This document shows positions 53,824 to 64,000 of a stretch of 64,000 nucleotides of DNA, piece by piece (positions within the stretch are counted from its first letter, which is position 1; every line of letters starts with the position of its first letter). The notes under the pieces were generated by a model. The model did no database searches. It worked only from the letters and a program-made list of their open reading frames with translations, and was not told the DNA's origin. The DNA comes from an uncultured virus (IMG/VR IMGVR_UViG_3300033994_000436) (Duplodnaviria; Heunggongvirae; Uroviricota; Caudoviricetes), in IMG/VR virus record IMGVR_UViG_3300033994_000436; one strand, written 5' to 3'. The position numbers were made by a program, and so were the translations under genes.

Positions 53824-56800
53824 CTAGAACATTACTGGATCAGTCATATCACCATACGTTATTCCATTAATTTGTGGAGGTTGCATTGCGTGACCCTCCA
53901 TGCTTTCATTCTGATTTTTTAGGTAAGTAAGTGCCGCCGCCCAATAGCGTTGAGATTGCTCCATGAAGTCCTTGTCTTCAAGGTCACAAGCATGAACTGC
54001 GGCAATGATTGCACGCTCGTTTTCGACTGGAATGTAGTCGTACTGGCTTGAGATGACAGGGCGAGCCATGCGGTAAATAATTCTTGCCCATGAGCAATGT
54101 TTTCCGATGCGAATCCTGCGGTACTTTGGGTTGGTTTCCGTAGGATGATATTGTCCTATCAACGCCATGTCGTTGCTCCTTCCGTAGTCCAATGCATACA
54201 GGCTTACATATCCAAGAGTTTCAGGCTTTTCGACATGGAGAATGTTTTTAACCAATGTCGGAGGAAGAATTGAATCTACAAAGAAAGTGCTATTTACGTT
54301 TTCACCTGTGTTGTAAAATGTAATTCGTCCAACAGAAGATCCCGTATTGATGGCGTTAGCATATGTGTCATAAAGCTCAAAGCTATTAGCGTCAACTGGT
54401 CGCGCATAATAGTATTGCGGGGATGCCATCGAACTTGCGACAAGACCAGTGGGCAATACATCACCTTCGACTGGACGAACAGTGACTTGGTCTCCAATGT
54501 CTAACAAAGATCCAGTTGCAACAATGCTGGTAGAAGCTACTGGAGAAAATGTACGCACAATGTTCATGCTCATCTGACCTACAGGAAGAGTAGGAATTGC
54601 GCCATTGACGAAGACAATCGGATTGTTGGATGTGTCAGTCAAAGACAAATTGTTCCCAGACAAAATAATCTTGTAATTGGTTCCAGCAACAAGCGGAAAT
54701 GGAAGAGATCCAGTAGAAGAGAATTGTACAAGCTCTCCATTTTCCAGATATTCAATAGAGCTAGGAGCAACTAGGTTGTTGTATGCTTTTGCATATGATT
54801 CCAAACGAATCCCAAAGTACGCTTGTCCGACTCCAAGGCTTGTTGCAGGCACAATTCCAATTGTTATGGCGATTGTCGTTCCAGTTGCTGTAATGGTTGC
54901 CGGATTGTTTAATGTAATTGTAGATCCAGAAACATTGTCAATAAATGTATTCGCAGGAATGCCAGCACCAGTAACCTTCTGACCAATTGCAAGACCAGCA
55001 GAAGAGCTAACGGATGTTACTATTTTTGATCCGTTTGTTGTGTTTGCAGTTCTTGATTGTGGCGAGTTTGTTGCGTCTGAAGAAGACAAATAGACTTCTG
55101 CGGTTTTGTTATCAATAACTCTGAAAAAATATTGGCTGGAGGTGTTCACTCCACTTGGAAGAAGATAATCAGAAGCAAAATAGAAACCCTGCGGCGGAGC
55201 GTTTACTATTCCAGAGAAGTCACCAGTCCAAGTGCTATTGAATGTAATTCTAAATGGCCTTGTAAGTGCTACATAAAAATTACCTGTTGCAGAGCCTGTA
55301 ATATTTACATCGCTGAAGTCTGCATTTCTTATGGTGTACGTTCCAGATGATGGATCAAGAGGTGATTCTATTCTGTATGCAGTACCAGTTGCAAGCGGTT
55401 GAGGAAGCGTTCCTGTAGAGGAAAATTCCACAAAAACGCCAGTTGATGGAATGAATGAAACAACTGGAGCAGTAACATATCCAGTTCCTTGTGTAACTAT
55501 AGATACAGAAGTTACAGATCCATTTGAAATTTGTGATGTTGCTGTGGCTCCTGTTCCACCACCGCCATCGATTTTTACAATTGGAGGGTTTTCATAACCA
55601 GATCCACCTTGGCCAGCAGGAATAATAATGTTTGAAACAAAAGATGTTTGCAGAATTGCGGTTGCGTTCGCTCCGTTTGCTGTTGCGATATTTGTTGCCG
55701 CATAATTCCCTCCAGTTACTGTGGACGTTGCAACATTGCTTAAAAGAATGGAAGTGGCAGTTGGCTTTGAAACAATTGTTGTATTGTCGGGAATATTGTC
55801 TCCATAGACAACCGCTCCAATCTGCAAGGCTGTAACGGTTGCTGTTGCAATAGTAGTTAAAGTTCCGCTTCCATTTGTACTATTTGCTGTAAAGGCAATA
55901 TTTGTTGTTGGAGGATCAATTGTTATTTTGGGAGACGTTATATACCCCTGTCCTGCTGATGTTATTACAATAGATCCAACGGCAAAAGTAGCAGAACCAG
56001 ATGCGTCTGGAATCATGACCGCATATCCAGTTGCAGTAGAAAATGCTTGTGGAGATCCAGCGGGAATTGTAGGGGAAAGCACAAACGAGTTTGTTGCACT
56101 AATAGTAGCAGGATTGCTTATGGTAAGTGTTGAAACACCAATTCCTGTAATAATTGTTCCAGTTGATATTCCAGTTCCTGTAATTGTTTGACCAATAACA
56201 ACATTAGACAAATCAGAAACGGCAGTAAGAGTTGGCGATCCATTGCTTGATGTAGCAGTAATGGTATATGTTTGCCTTGGGCTATCAAACCTAACAATCG
56301 GTGCATCTGTATATTTAGATCCGCCCTTTGTTATTCTAATGTTGGTAACACCACCAGAAACAGATGCAATAGCAGATGCTGGGGTTGTAACTAATGGAGC
56401 AGGAATATTAAGGTTTGGCGCAGTGATTTGGTTAATTGTTCCAGTTGTTGATGTTGCATCAATTAGTTTAACAATTGAGTTTGTGCCAGATCCGTTATCT
56501 GTTAACGTAATTGGATTTACTCCCGTGCTTGCATCACCTGCGTTTGTATGGAGTGAAATGGTATTATCATCAATAACAAATACAAAATAATTCTGCCCTG
56601 CAATTAGAGGAGTAGGTAGCGTTCCTCCTGATGTAAATGTTTGAACTTGATCGCCAGTTTGATAGTAATGTTTAACAGAGAATGAAAGAGTTGTCTGAGG
56701 AGCAATCTGCTTTCTAATATCTGTGTTAAACTTTCCACTATTTCCAGTTAACAACACTGGATTTGTTCCATTCTGAGCGTCAAGAATGCTTGAATATACC

Positions 56801-57780
56801 TGAAGGTTTGTTGCATCCAAGGATTGTGCAAAATATGTTGTGTTTGCAACTAGAGGTGATGGCAATGCTGGGGCAAAGCCTGCTCCAGCACCAACAGAGA
56901 ATGCAATATTGTTCGGAGAATCAATCGTGATAGTCGGAGTAGATTGCAGATTAATTGCAGTAAGCAGATTGCTTGGCCTTGCGTCAGTCAGAATAACATT
57001 CCCTGCGTTAAGTATGCTCTGCAAGAAAATGGGATTGTTCCCTGCTTTTGCGTCTAGTGAGTTTTGATACAATTGGATGGTATTTGCATCATCAACTCCA
57101 ATGTAATATGTATTTCCGGCGTAGATGAAGTTTGGCATCGTTCCAGAGCCGAGAGAAAGCACTCCAGACTGACCAGAGTTAAGCTGGTGTGCGGTTGCGG
57201 AAACAAACTTTGAAAGCGGCGAGATAGCAGTTGACCGAGTCTGAATAGTTACGCCGTCAGGCTCAATAGAGCCAAGAGGGAAATCGGTTTGAGCGTGGAT
57301 TGGAACAAGAACGCCGTCGATAGTTGTTCCATCGGGCATTTGAGTGCGAAGCTCTCTATTACGAGAGTCAGTTCCAATTACGCGAATTTGCCCTCCTGCA
57401 TCAGCATTGTGTTCGGACACAGCAACCAGTTGCGATGGTTGGCGAATGTCCATGATAGTAGCTACAAAGCCCCTGTCATCCCATGCCCAATCGACGGGAT
57501 TGTACATTCCACCTTTGTTTACATGGTACTGGAACAAACGCCCCCTGAAATATGTAGGAGATCCATCAACATTAACACCAAGCGGGACTTCAATGCCGCG
57601 AGGAAGCGTAATAGTTTGTCCATCCCATCCCGTGCAGACATCTACCTCCTGATTAGTATGGAAGTAATGTCCAGACTCCATAAGAATCTGAACAGCTTGA
57701 GTCAGCTTGCGAAAAACCTTCCTTTCATCAGTCGTGGCAAGGATTTCCGCCGCCTCGTCATATATCTGCGAGACAAACAT
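53824..57780 (-). CDS. Tail adaptor (tubular A)-like protein with a large repetitive insertion
   Basis: Helical N- and C-terminal ends with ITLPR; central repeats GTLP.PL.AGT.Y. Confidence 0.55.
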   Translation of the reverse strand: MFVSQIYDEAAEILATTDERKVFRKLTQAVQILMESGHYFHTNQEVDVCTGWDGQTITLPRGIEVPLGVNVDGSPTYFRGRLFQYHVNKGGMYNPVDWAWDDRGFVATIMDIRQPSQLVAVSEHNADAGGQIRVIGTDSRNRELRTQMPDGTTIDGVLVPIHAQTDFPLGSIEPDGVTIQTRSTAISPLSKFVSATAHQLNSGQSGVLSLGSGTMPNFIYAGNTYYIGVDDANTIQLYQNSLDAKAGNNPIFLQSILNAGNVILTDARPSNLLTAINLQSTPTITIDSPNNIAFSVGAGAGFAPALPSPLVANTTYFAQSLDATNLQVYSSILDAQNGTNPVLLTGNSGKFNTDIRKQIAPQTTLSFSVKHYYQTGDQVQTFTSGGTLPTPLIAGQNYFVFVIDDNTISLHTNAGDASTGVNPITLTDNGSGTNSIVKLIDATSTTGTINQITAPNLNIPAPLVTTPASAIASVSGGVTNIRITKGGSKYTDAPIVRFDSPRQTYTITATSSNGSPTLTAVSDLSNVVIGQTITGTGISTGTIITGIGVSTLTISNPATISATNSFVLSPTIPAGSPQAFSTATGYAVMIPDASGSATFAVGSIVITSAGQGYITSPKITIDPPTTNIAFTANSTNGSGTLTTIATATVTALQIGAVVYGDNIPDNTTIVSKPTATSILLSNVATSTVTGGNYAATNIATANGANATAILQTSFVSNIIIPAGQGGSGYENPPIVKIDGGGGTGATATSQISNGSVTSVSIVTQGTGYVTAPVVSFIPSTGVFVEFSSTGTLPQPLATGTAYRIESPLDPSSGTYTIRNADFSDVNITGSATGNFYVALTRPFRITFNSTWTGDFSGIVNAPPQGFYFASDYLLPSGVNTSSQYFFRVIDNKTAEVYLSSSDATNSPQSRTANTTNGSKIVTSVSSSAGLAIGQKVTGAGIPANTFIDNVSGSTITLNNPATITATGTTIAITIGIVPATSLGVGQAYFGIRLESYAKAYNNLVAPSSIEYLENGELVQFSSTGSLPFPLVAGTNYKIILSGNNLSLTDTSNNPIVFVNGAIPTLPVGQMSMNIVRTFSPVASTSIVATGSLLDIGDQVTVRPVEGDVLPTGLVASSMASPQYYYARPVDANSFELYDTYANAINTGSSVGRITFYNTGENVNSTFFVDSILPPTLVKNILHVEKPETLGYVSLYALDYGRSNDMALIGQYHPTETNPKYRRIRIGKHCSWARIIYRMARPVISSQYDYIPVENERAIIAAVHACDLEDKDFMEQSQRYWAAALTYLKNQNESMEGHAMQPPQINGITYGDMTDPVMF

Positions 57781-57792
57781 CGTTAATTAAAA

Positions 57793-58116
57793 TTAGCGTT
57801 GGCTTCCGGCTTCTGCAATACCTTTTAGAAACTCTTCGTCCATTACAGCAGGCTCTTCGGCGGCGACAGGAGCGGCGGGAGCTTCACCAGCACCAGATGC
57901 TTGCTGATTCACGCCTTGGGCAAGCGAATCGACACCTTGTGCAAGCTGTACGATAAGCTGATGGATTGCGTCAAAGGCATCCTTCGGCATTGCAACCATC
58001 ACAGAACCTTCACCTGCTGGCGCACCAGCTTCAGGGGCCATCTCAGCAGATGATGCGCCCATTCCGGCATCGGGAGTAGGCATTGGGTCGTTGGGGGGCA
58101 TAGTTTTGTCGGCCAT
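57793..58116 (-). CDS. Ala/Pro-rich acidic protein (start MADKTM)
   Basis: Biased codon usage, in operon. Confidence 0.6.
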   Translation of the reverse strand: MADKTMPPNDPMPTPDAGMGASSAEMAPEAGAPAGEGSVMVAMPKDAFDAIHQLIVQLAQGVDSLAQGVNQQASGAGEAPAAPVAAEEPAVMDEEFLKGIAEAGSQR

Positions 58117-58120
58117 AATT

Positions 58121-58582
58121 TTAGTCGTTTTCGTTTTCGTTTTCGTTTTCCATTTCATCCTCAGAATCATCATCAGATTCTTCTTCAGTAGAAACTTCTT
58201 TGGACGCAACTTCTAGCCCCTGTTCGATTGCATCCTCATCGTCAGGTTCAATTTCTTTGGTCTCATAAGTAGCATCTTCACCAGAAGGCTTGATTCCATG
58301 AATTTCAAGTTCAACGCAGTAGTTTGTAAGCGTTTTTCCATCGCGATCAACCTTTTCTTCACGCTCCATTACTTTCTTGAAATGGATCATGGCAGTTCCT
58401 TCTTTTGGAAGTTTGCTAAGTCCTTCTGGTGCGTTGGAGAAATACAGAGAAGGATAATGCGTGTTTACTTGAGCATAATCAGAATCGTCTGTTCTTTCTG
58501 CTGATTGAATAAGGGGATGTGGAATAATCTTTTCCCCAAGATCATAAAATCCTTCAGGTAGTTCTACGATTGCTGTTGACAT
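58121..58582 (-). CDS. Acidic protein with poly-D/E tail
   Basis: 153 aa, ends EEESDDDSEDEMENENENEND. Confidence 0.7.
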   Translation of the reverse strand: MSTAIVELPEGFYDLGEKIIPHPLIQSAERTDDSDYAQVNTHYPSLYFSNAPEGLSKLPKEGTAMIHFKKVMEREEKVDRDGKTLTNYCVELEIHGIKPSGEDATYETKEIEPDDEDAIEQGLEVASKEVSTEEESDDDSEDEMENENENEND

Positions 58583-58632
58583 AATGGGTTTTTAATTTTT
58601 TTAAAGTGTTTCTGCAAGAAGATTAAGTTTTT

Positions 58633-61600
58633 TTATAGATTAGGCTGGAAAGCCTCAACCAAAAGATAACTAACAGTAGACCTGTCAGCGGTGCTTGCAG
58701 ACGTAATCGTAAAGGATGTTCCGTTGACTATTGAAGTTACCGCAACGGCTTGCGGAACAGTTACGCCTGACAATGTTTGAACTGTAAGAAAGATTCTAGT
58801 CCTGCTGGTTACTGATGTGTTTGGCACTACAACCACTCCATTAGTAGAAAGCGAAGCCTGCCCCATCCTGTCAATAATGTTATCGTATTCACGGATCATT
58901 AAACCCGTGCCAATTCGCTTGGCTACAAAATTTCCATTGTAATCAATCGCGGAAAGGGTTTCACCAGCATTAGCAAGATTGGAATTGTTTTTGAACTGAT
59001 GAATATCATTGCAGTTGAGCGTAAATGTAATCGTCCCAGACGCAGGAGATGCAGCAAATCCAGATCCATATAAATTAGTAACATTGATCGTAAAAGTTGA
59101 TCCGCTTACATTTCCTGCATTATATCGGTTAACAATTCTGCTGTCTGAACAAGCGGTAATGTCTATCGTGCCAAACGTATTGACAGACGAGGCGATTGCG
59201 GCGGTTGTTGTAATCGTGATTATCGGCCCAGAGCTTGTGTAGGTTCCTGTTACGTTGACGCGAGATTCCCCTGACACTAATCCATTAGTAGTGTTGTATG
59301 GAATGGAAGAAATGGAACCAATCGAACCAATAGATTCTGCCGTTGCTTCAAACATTGCATTATTGCCTCCCCTCGTAGGCACAGTAAATGCAAATCTAGC
59401 CGCCCACATGCTTCCCAAGGTTCCATACAAATAAGCTTCACCAGTTCCAGTTTGAAAAGCAGTCTTTCCTGAGCGATAGTCTCCAGTTCCATCGAAGAAG
59501 TTAATAGAACCTCCTCCGCTGTAATTTACTCCGCTATTATTGCAGAATCCGGCCCCTATCCTTACTTGGGTTGAACCTGACACAACCAGCCATTCAGCCA
59601 GACGATCTGTTCTTTGATCAACCATCCCTTTATATTGATTATTAAGCCATTTAGTTGTGCTTCCGCCGCTCGTTGCAACATATTGATTAGAATCATCAAC
59701 TAACGAAATAGCTTGGTAAACAAGTGAATTAAAATAATTTGCGCCAATAAAACTTAGATGATATCCATCCCCAAGAAGCCAATTTCCAAGTGCCGCTTGC
59801 GTTGCATAATCAGGCATGCAAGCATTTGCGTCAACAAACGTATGACCGTTTGAGTTAGCATAACTCTTGATCCAATTATTTTTTCCACCAGCATTTCCAG
59901 TTGGGTTCTGTATTGTTGGATGATCAGAAAGCAAAACAATGTCGGCGTTAGGAGCCGCTGTTCTTAGAAGATTGACATACGCAGGAAGATGCGCCTGATA
60001 AGTAGCCAAACTATCATCGTATTTGATGGTTATGAGATCAGGATTGTAATCATTCAAAATGACATTCCACAAAGCCTGTGGGCAGGAAACCGCCGCATCA
60101 ATAGTCGTTCCACTTGCGGCAAGGTTGAATCCTATCTCTCCACCTTGTGCCGTTCCATTTGCTCCGGCCACAACCGCATTAATAATGCCGCACGCAATTA
60201 CTTTTACAGATGCCGATGTGCAGGTAATTATTACACGATAGAAATCTTTACTTGCAAGTGCAACAGACAAAACACCAATGCTAATAGAAGCAGAGTTGGC
60301 GTTTACAGTAGAGGCAGTACCAAAGTTTGAATAAGTGTTATTTGATCTGTTCCATCTTTGAACCTGAACAGACATATTACCACTGCTTGAATCGGTAACA
60401 TAATATACCTTGATGTTTTGCCCTCCAGTAGTCGATGGTGCGCCAGAAGAATATGTAGCAGTTCCAGAATTAGGAATGTTGCAGAATTGACCGCTTGGAG
60501 ACCTAGTGAAATCGTATGTAGGAGTCATTGCGGCCCCACCAGTCGTGCCAGTAGGAACGGTATAAATTGCGCCTCCATCTCCAAATACAGCTTTTAACTG
60601 ACTGTCTGGGGATGTTGCCCAAGAGTCTCCAAGAGTAAGAACCCTTATTTGCTGGTTTGTCTGAAACTGCCTCTGATTTGCAATATCAGTAATTGTCCTC
60701 CACGGACGGCCAGCAGTAATCTTGTAAAGGTCTACTGAACTATTAATTTTTGCTTCTGTTACAGCACCATCAACAATATCTGCTGTAGTTACAGAATCAG
60801 GATTAATGGTAACTGGGATAGTAATATTGGCAGAACCATTAAAATTAGTTGCAGTTCCAGTTACATCACCAGACAAGGCAATAGTCCTAGTATTTTGAAG
60901 AGTTGTTGCAGTTCCTGCGTTGCCTGTAATATTTGTTGACCATGTAGGAGAACCAGAGCCATTGCTTGTAAGAACCTGACCAGTCGTTCCAACAGCAGTA
61001 AAACCAGTTGCATTTGAACCAGTCTGCCATAGGACTTGCCCAGCTGCGCCTCCAGCAATTGCGCTAGATGTGCTTGCAGCGGCACCTGAAACCCATGCAA
61101 GCCCAGTGCTTAGAATTCCAAGAACCTGACCATTGATTCCGGCAGGAAGAAATGCAGTTGTATTGGGTGCTGTCTGATATGCAATTGAGTTTGCTACTCC
61201 TCCATTAATATTTGTTGCACTGGTTGCATTTCCAGTCAGTTGACCAACAACATTTCCAATAATGTTGGATGTAATCGTGTTGGCTGAAAAATTTCCTGTA
61301 GCATCACGCTTTACAATGGAAGAAACAACTAAAGATGATGTTGGAGTCGTCCAACCATACAAGGCACCTCCTTGGTTTTCCAAAAGCTGACCAGCAGATC
61401 CATTGGGAATAAAAGCAGTAGTCGTAGTTTGAGCAAATGCCCTGATAAAATAACAAAGCAATCCTTCTCCATCGTTTCTTGCAATTCCAAACACAGTAGC
61501 CGTTTTGTTTGGATCACAAGGGATGTCCCATACTACCTTTCCGCCAGACACATCCTTTGCAATTGCCCCGTAAAGAGCGTTAACAAGGTTATCAATAAGT

Positions 61601-61704
61601 GACGGGACGCTTTCGTGAGAAACGCTAGGATAAGGAGTATCGGCGTTGCAATATCCATTGTACGCACTATTAGAATTGTAATTATCGGAGCATCCGCAAG
61701 ACAT
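58633..61704 (-). CDS. Tail fibre with SGNH/GDSL esterase domain
   Basis: GQVL..NG....W fibre repeats; LTLGDSW and DGYHLS catalytic motifs; N-terminal anchor shared with tailspike 1. Confidence 0.8.
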   Translation of the reverse strand: MSCGCSDNYNSNSAYNGYCNADTPYPSVSHESVPSLIDNLVNALYGAIAKDVSGGKVVWDIPCDPNKTATVFGIARNDGEGLLCYFIRAFAQTTTTAFIPNGSAGQLLENQGGALYGWTTPTSSLVVSSIVKRDATGNFSANTITSNIIGNVVGQLTGNATSATNINGGVANSIAYQTAPNTTAFLPAGINGQVLGILSTGLAWVSGAAASTSSAIAGGAAGQVLWQTGSNATGFTAVGTTGQVLTSNGSGSPTWSTNITGNAGTATTLQNTRTIALSGDVTGTATNFNGSANITIPVTINPDSVTTADIVDGAVTEAKINSSVDLYKITAGRPWRTITDIANQRQFQTNQQIRVLTLGDSWATSPDSQLKAVFGDGGAIYTVPTGTTGGAAMTPTYDFTRSPSGQFCNIPNSGTATYSSGAPSTTGGQNIKVYYVTDSSSGNMSVQVQRWNRSNNTYSNFGTASTVNANSASISIGVLSVALASKDFYRVIITCTSASVKVIACGIINAVVAGANGTAQGGEIGFNLAASGTTIDAAVSCPQALWNVILNDYNPDLITIKYDDSLATYQAHLPAYVNLLRTAAPNADIVLLSDHPTIQNPTGNAGGKNNWIKSYANSNGHTFVDANACMPDYATQAALGNWLLGDGYHLSFIGANYFNSLVYQAISLVDDSNQYVATSGGSTTKWLNNQYKGMVDQRTDRLAEWLVVSGSTQVRIGAGFCNNSGVNYSGGGSINFFDGTGDYRSGKTAFQTGTGEAYLYGTLGSMWAARFAFTVPTRGGNNAMFEATAESIGSIGSISSIPYNTTNGLVSGESRVNVTGTYTSSGPIITITTTAAIASSVNTFGTIDITACSDSRIVNRYNAGNVSGSTFTINVTNLYGSGFAASPASGTITFTLNCNDIHQFKNNSNLANAGETLSAIDYNGNFVAKRIGTGLMIREYDNIIDRMGQASLSTNGVVVVPNTSVTSRTRIFLTVQTLSGVTVPQAVAVTSIVNGTSFTITSASTADRSTVSYLLVEAFQPNL

Positions 61705-61731
61705 AGTTCCAGAGATTACAAATAATTGAGG

Positions 61732-62073
61732 CTATGGCAAGGCATTTTCAACTTTGTAGTAATGGAATACTCCAGAAATTTGCCTTCCATTTTTGATTTT
61801 GTATTCTTTTTTCTGCAAAAGTCCGTTTTTGATCCATCTTTGAACCCTTCCATTCATCGTTGTTGGAACGACTCCCTGTTGGTCTGCCATTTGTTGCAAT
61901 GTCATCCAGCCACTTGGAACCTCGTCTACCTTACCACCGCATCCAGTAGATTCCATTAGTTCAGTCAGCCAGTCGTTTGCTGATTTATCTGGTTTTTGGT
62001 TTTCGTAATACTCTGGCTTGCAATCAGAGCAATCGAATCCACCATGGCAACTGCATTTCTTTTTGTTTTTCAT
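61732..62073 (-). CDS. Hypothetical HTH-like protein
   Basis: VPSGWMTLQQMA...; coupled to the phosphoesterase gene. Confidence 0.6.
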   Translation of the reverse strand: MKNKKKCSCHGGFDCSDCKPEYYENQKPDKSANDWLTELMESTGCGGKVDEVPSGWMTLQQMADQQGVVPTTMNGRVQRWIKNGLLQKKEYKIKNGRQISGVFHYYKVENALP

Positions 62074-62085
62074 TTGTTTATTGGT

Positions 62086-62850
62086 TTATACTGGAAGCCT
62101 CCATACCTCACCATGCTGACGCTGGGTTATTTGGATGGAAGACTGATTAAGTGATTCGCAATATTCCCCCCAAAGGAAGGCTTGTGTCCATGCCCATGTG
62201 CTAGGGCGATTTTTGGCGTATTCAAGCGATCCACGGGCTGTAAGAGTGCCAATATTGTATCCCGTTCCGCCATGCTTTGTTTTTGCGCTTGAAACGGCAA
62301 CTTTGTGTGTGTGTCCAAATACTATTTTTTTTCTTCTCCCATCGCAATAGTGACCCGCCATGTGAGCCGCCGCCTGTTCATTGTATATCGTACCATGAGT
62401 GAATCCGAGGTCTGCTATATCTACGATTTGCTCAATGCCGGAATATGGAACAAGCCTAGCTTTTAGGTTTTTTGCTGTGTCCTCAATGGAATTTACAATT
62501 TTGTGGGCGCAGTAAGCCGTAACACTATTTTTTGAATGGGTTAGCTTCCAAGCTCTGTCTTCATGGTTGCCACACAAGATCCAAGGATTTTTACACCCCG
62601 CCATTAATTGCCGGAGATGGGTCAGACCAGTATCTATGTCCGGCGTTACTTCGTCTCCATCACTTCCAGAGCCTGCTCCGTTCCCCATCAGGGCGGAAAG
62701 GTCAATAAAATCACCTAGATGCAATAGGGTATCCGGCTTGAAACGCTCTTTCATTTGAAGGACAGCCTTGAACGCCTCACTATCGCAGTATTTAGCGTGA
62801 CTGCAAGACACGGCGAGTATTTTGCGCCACTTGTTGGTTATGTTTGCCAT
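62086..62850 (-). CDS. Calcineurin-like metallophosphoesterase
   Basis: GDFID, GNHEDR, FTHG, FGHTH motifs; first motif reads SCSH. Confidence 0.85.
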   Translation of the reverse strand: MANITNKWRKILAVSCSHAKYCDSEAFKAVLQMKERFKPDTLLHLGDFIDLSALMGNGAGSGSDGDEVTPDIDTGLTHLRQLMAGCKNPWILCGNHEDRAWKLTHSKNSVTAYCAHKIVNSIEDTAKNLKARLVPYSGIEQIVDIADLGFTHGTIYNEQAAAHMAGHYCDGRRKKIVFGHTHKVAVSSAKTKHGGTGYNIGTLTARGSLEYAKNRPSTWAWTQAFLWGEYCESLNQSSIQITQRQHGEVWRLPV

Positions 62851-63105
62851 TTATGAGAAGCTGTTCTCTCCTTCTTCTTCGTCTTCGTCAACATCAAAAA
62901 CGCCTTCATGCCATTTATCTATGTGGTTTTGAATAGCAAACTTGTTTCCTTGTAGGATGTGGGTGTGTTGCGTTTCGCCATCTTCTGACACCCAATTAAT
63001 GAATAATGCCATGTTGGAGAAATGCTCCGTAATGATAGAAATAGCTCTTTTAAGCTCTTCCCATTCGGCATCTGTTATATTGTCAGGTTTTGGAAGATTC
63101 ATTAT
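62851..63105 (-). CDS. Acidic hypothetical protein
   Basis: ATG at 63105 overlaps the endolysin stop; an alternative in-frame start lies at 63111. Confidence 0.6.
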   Translation of the reverse strand: MMNLPKPDNITDAEWEELKRAISIITEHFSNMALFINWVSEDGETQHTHILQGNKFAIQNHIDKWHEGVFDVDEDEEEGENSFS

Positions 63106-63713
63106 GCACAATTCTCAACAAGTTTTGCCTCTGCTTCTCTTCTGCGAACAAGGCCATCCATGTTTTTGTTTGCCCACAATCTTTTCATGCTTCTTAACTG
63201 TTGGGCAATCCCAGAATAATCTTTTTGTGGGACAATATTTTTTATTTCCCTCATTTCAGACCTGCTTTCACCAGATAGGCTACCACCGCGATTGAATACC
63301 AGAGATACTAATGCACCATATGCATCGTCGCATAGCTGATCAAGACTAGGAAATGTCCGTTCCGCCAGTTTTGCAAATTTGGGCCATGTTGTTTTTTCAA
63401 AAATGGATTGGGCTTGTTGCCAAGATACAGATATTCCGGCATCTCGTAGCTTTTTAGTGTATTCTTTCCCAGCTTCTCCTGTTTTTCCAGTCGCACCTTG
63501 AATAAGTTTGATTTGATTTTGTGGAAGGAAATCAAAAATGTCAGCAAGTTCTGATGCTGTGTAATATGCGCAGTCGATTCCAATACCTATTGTCGGCCCA
63601 GATGCGCCAGCAGGCCAAGTAAACCTGCTCAGATATTTATTGTAATAAGATTCTCCACCGCCAACCTCATAATCATACAAAAGTTTTAATGTATTCTTAG
63701 ACGGATGTTTCAT
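63102..63713 (-). CDS. Endolysin (pesticin-like/GH24 muramidase)
   Basis: E...SGPTIGIGID; ALVSLVFNRG; GLVRRREAEA. Confidence 0.85.
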   Translation of the reverse strand: MKHPSKNTLKLLYDYEVGGGESYYNKYLSRFTWPAGASGPTIGIGIDCAYYTASELADIFDFLPQNQIKLIQGATGKTGEAGKEYTKKLRDAGISVSWQQAQSIFEKTTWPKFAKLAERTFPSLDQLCDDAYGALVSLVFNRGGSLSGESRSEMREIKNIVPQKDYSGIAQQLRSMKRLWANKNMDGLVRRREAEAKLVENCA

Positions 63714-64000
63714 CAGTAGTGGTTGTGTAATCTTCTTCTTTTGCGTTGTGAGTTATTTTTTCAAATATGTCCTGCTTTACTTTGGTAATGGAGGAAACGA
63801 CTTCTTGAATTTGGTTTGTTCCAACCTTCCAATCGTACACCATTCTGCCAGTAACCATGAAGACAACGATGGCTCCTGTGACGTACATGGCATTCGTCGT
63901 AATCGTGACGAATCCTGCGTATGCTTCTGGTGGCAAAGAATAAAAATGACCTGCGGCCCACTTCCAAGATAGTTGGACTATGGAAATGCCAAAAACACTA
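63697..64000 (-). CDS. Holin-like membrane protein (5' end outside window)
   Basis: Hydrophobic segments; overlaps the endolysin start. Confidence 0.5.
   Translation of the reverse strand, partial: SVFGISIVQLSWKWAAGHFYSLPPEAYAGFVTITTNAMYVTGAIVVFMVTGRMVYDWKVGTNQIQEVVSSITKVKQDIFEKITHNAKEEDYTTTTDETSV

Noticed and set aside
58121..58160. TTTTCG hexamer tandem repeat
   Set aside because: Simply encodes the ENENENEND acidic tail; in-frame unit, so no phase variation.

Overview
This is a 64-kb segment of a tailed dsDNA bacteriophage with podovirus-like organisation: portal, scaffold, major capsid protein (MCP), tail adaptor/nozzle and ejection proteins, and no tape-measure gene. Almost every gene is on the minus strand. 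Read along the minus strand, the order is: lysis genes; an SGNH tail fibre; tail tubular proteins; ejection proteins ending in a ~2,700-aa polyvalent protein; many small early genes; recombination/replication genes (ERF, PD-(D/E)XK exonuclease, RusA, DUF1376 initiator); the small terminase; two tailspikes; an intein-split large terminase; three tRNAs with extra structured RNAs between them; a ~1.1-kb non-coding control region; then ParB-N, portal, scaffold, a five-gene glycosyl/methyltransferase cluster and the MCP. The most unusual feature is the non-coding region 11050-11940. It holds a promoter-driven RNA with mutually complementary loops (C4/CI-antisense-like). This is followed by a dense array of about ten different palindromes, several of which translate into signature peptides of ORF6N, KilA-N and DinD-type DNA-binding proteins, suggesting an operator-decoy array. 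Other highlights are a probable capsid-glycosylation cluster, repeated FMP boundary motifs in the polyvalent protein, and a modular branched receptor-binding system. All protein family calls are from motif recognition and gene context, not from database searches.
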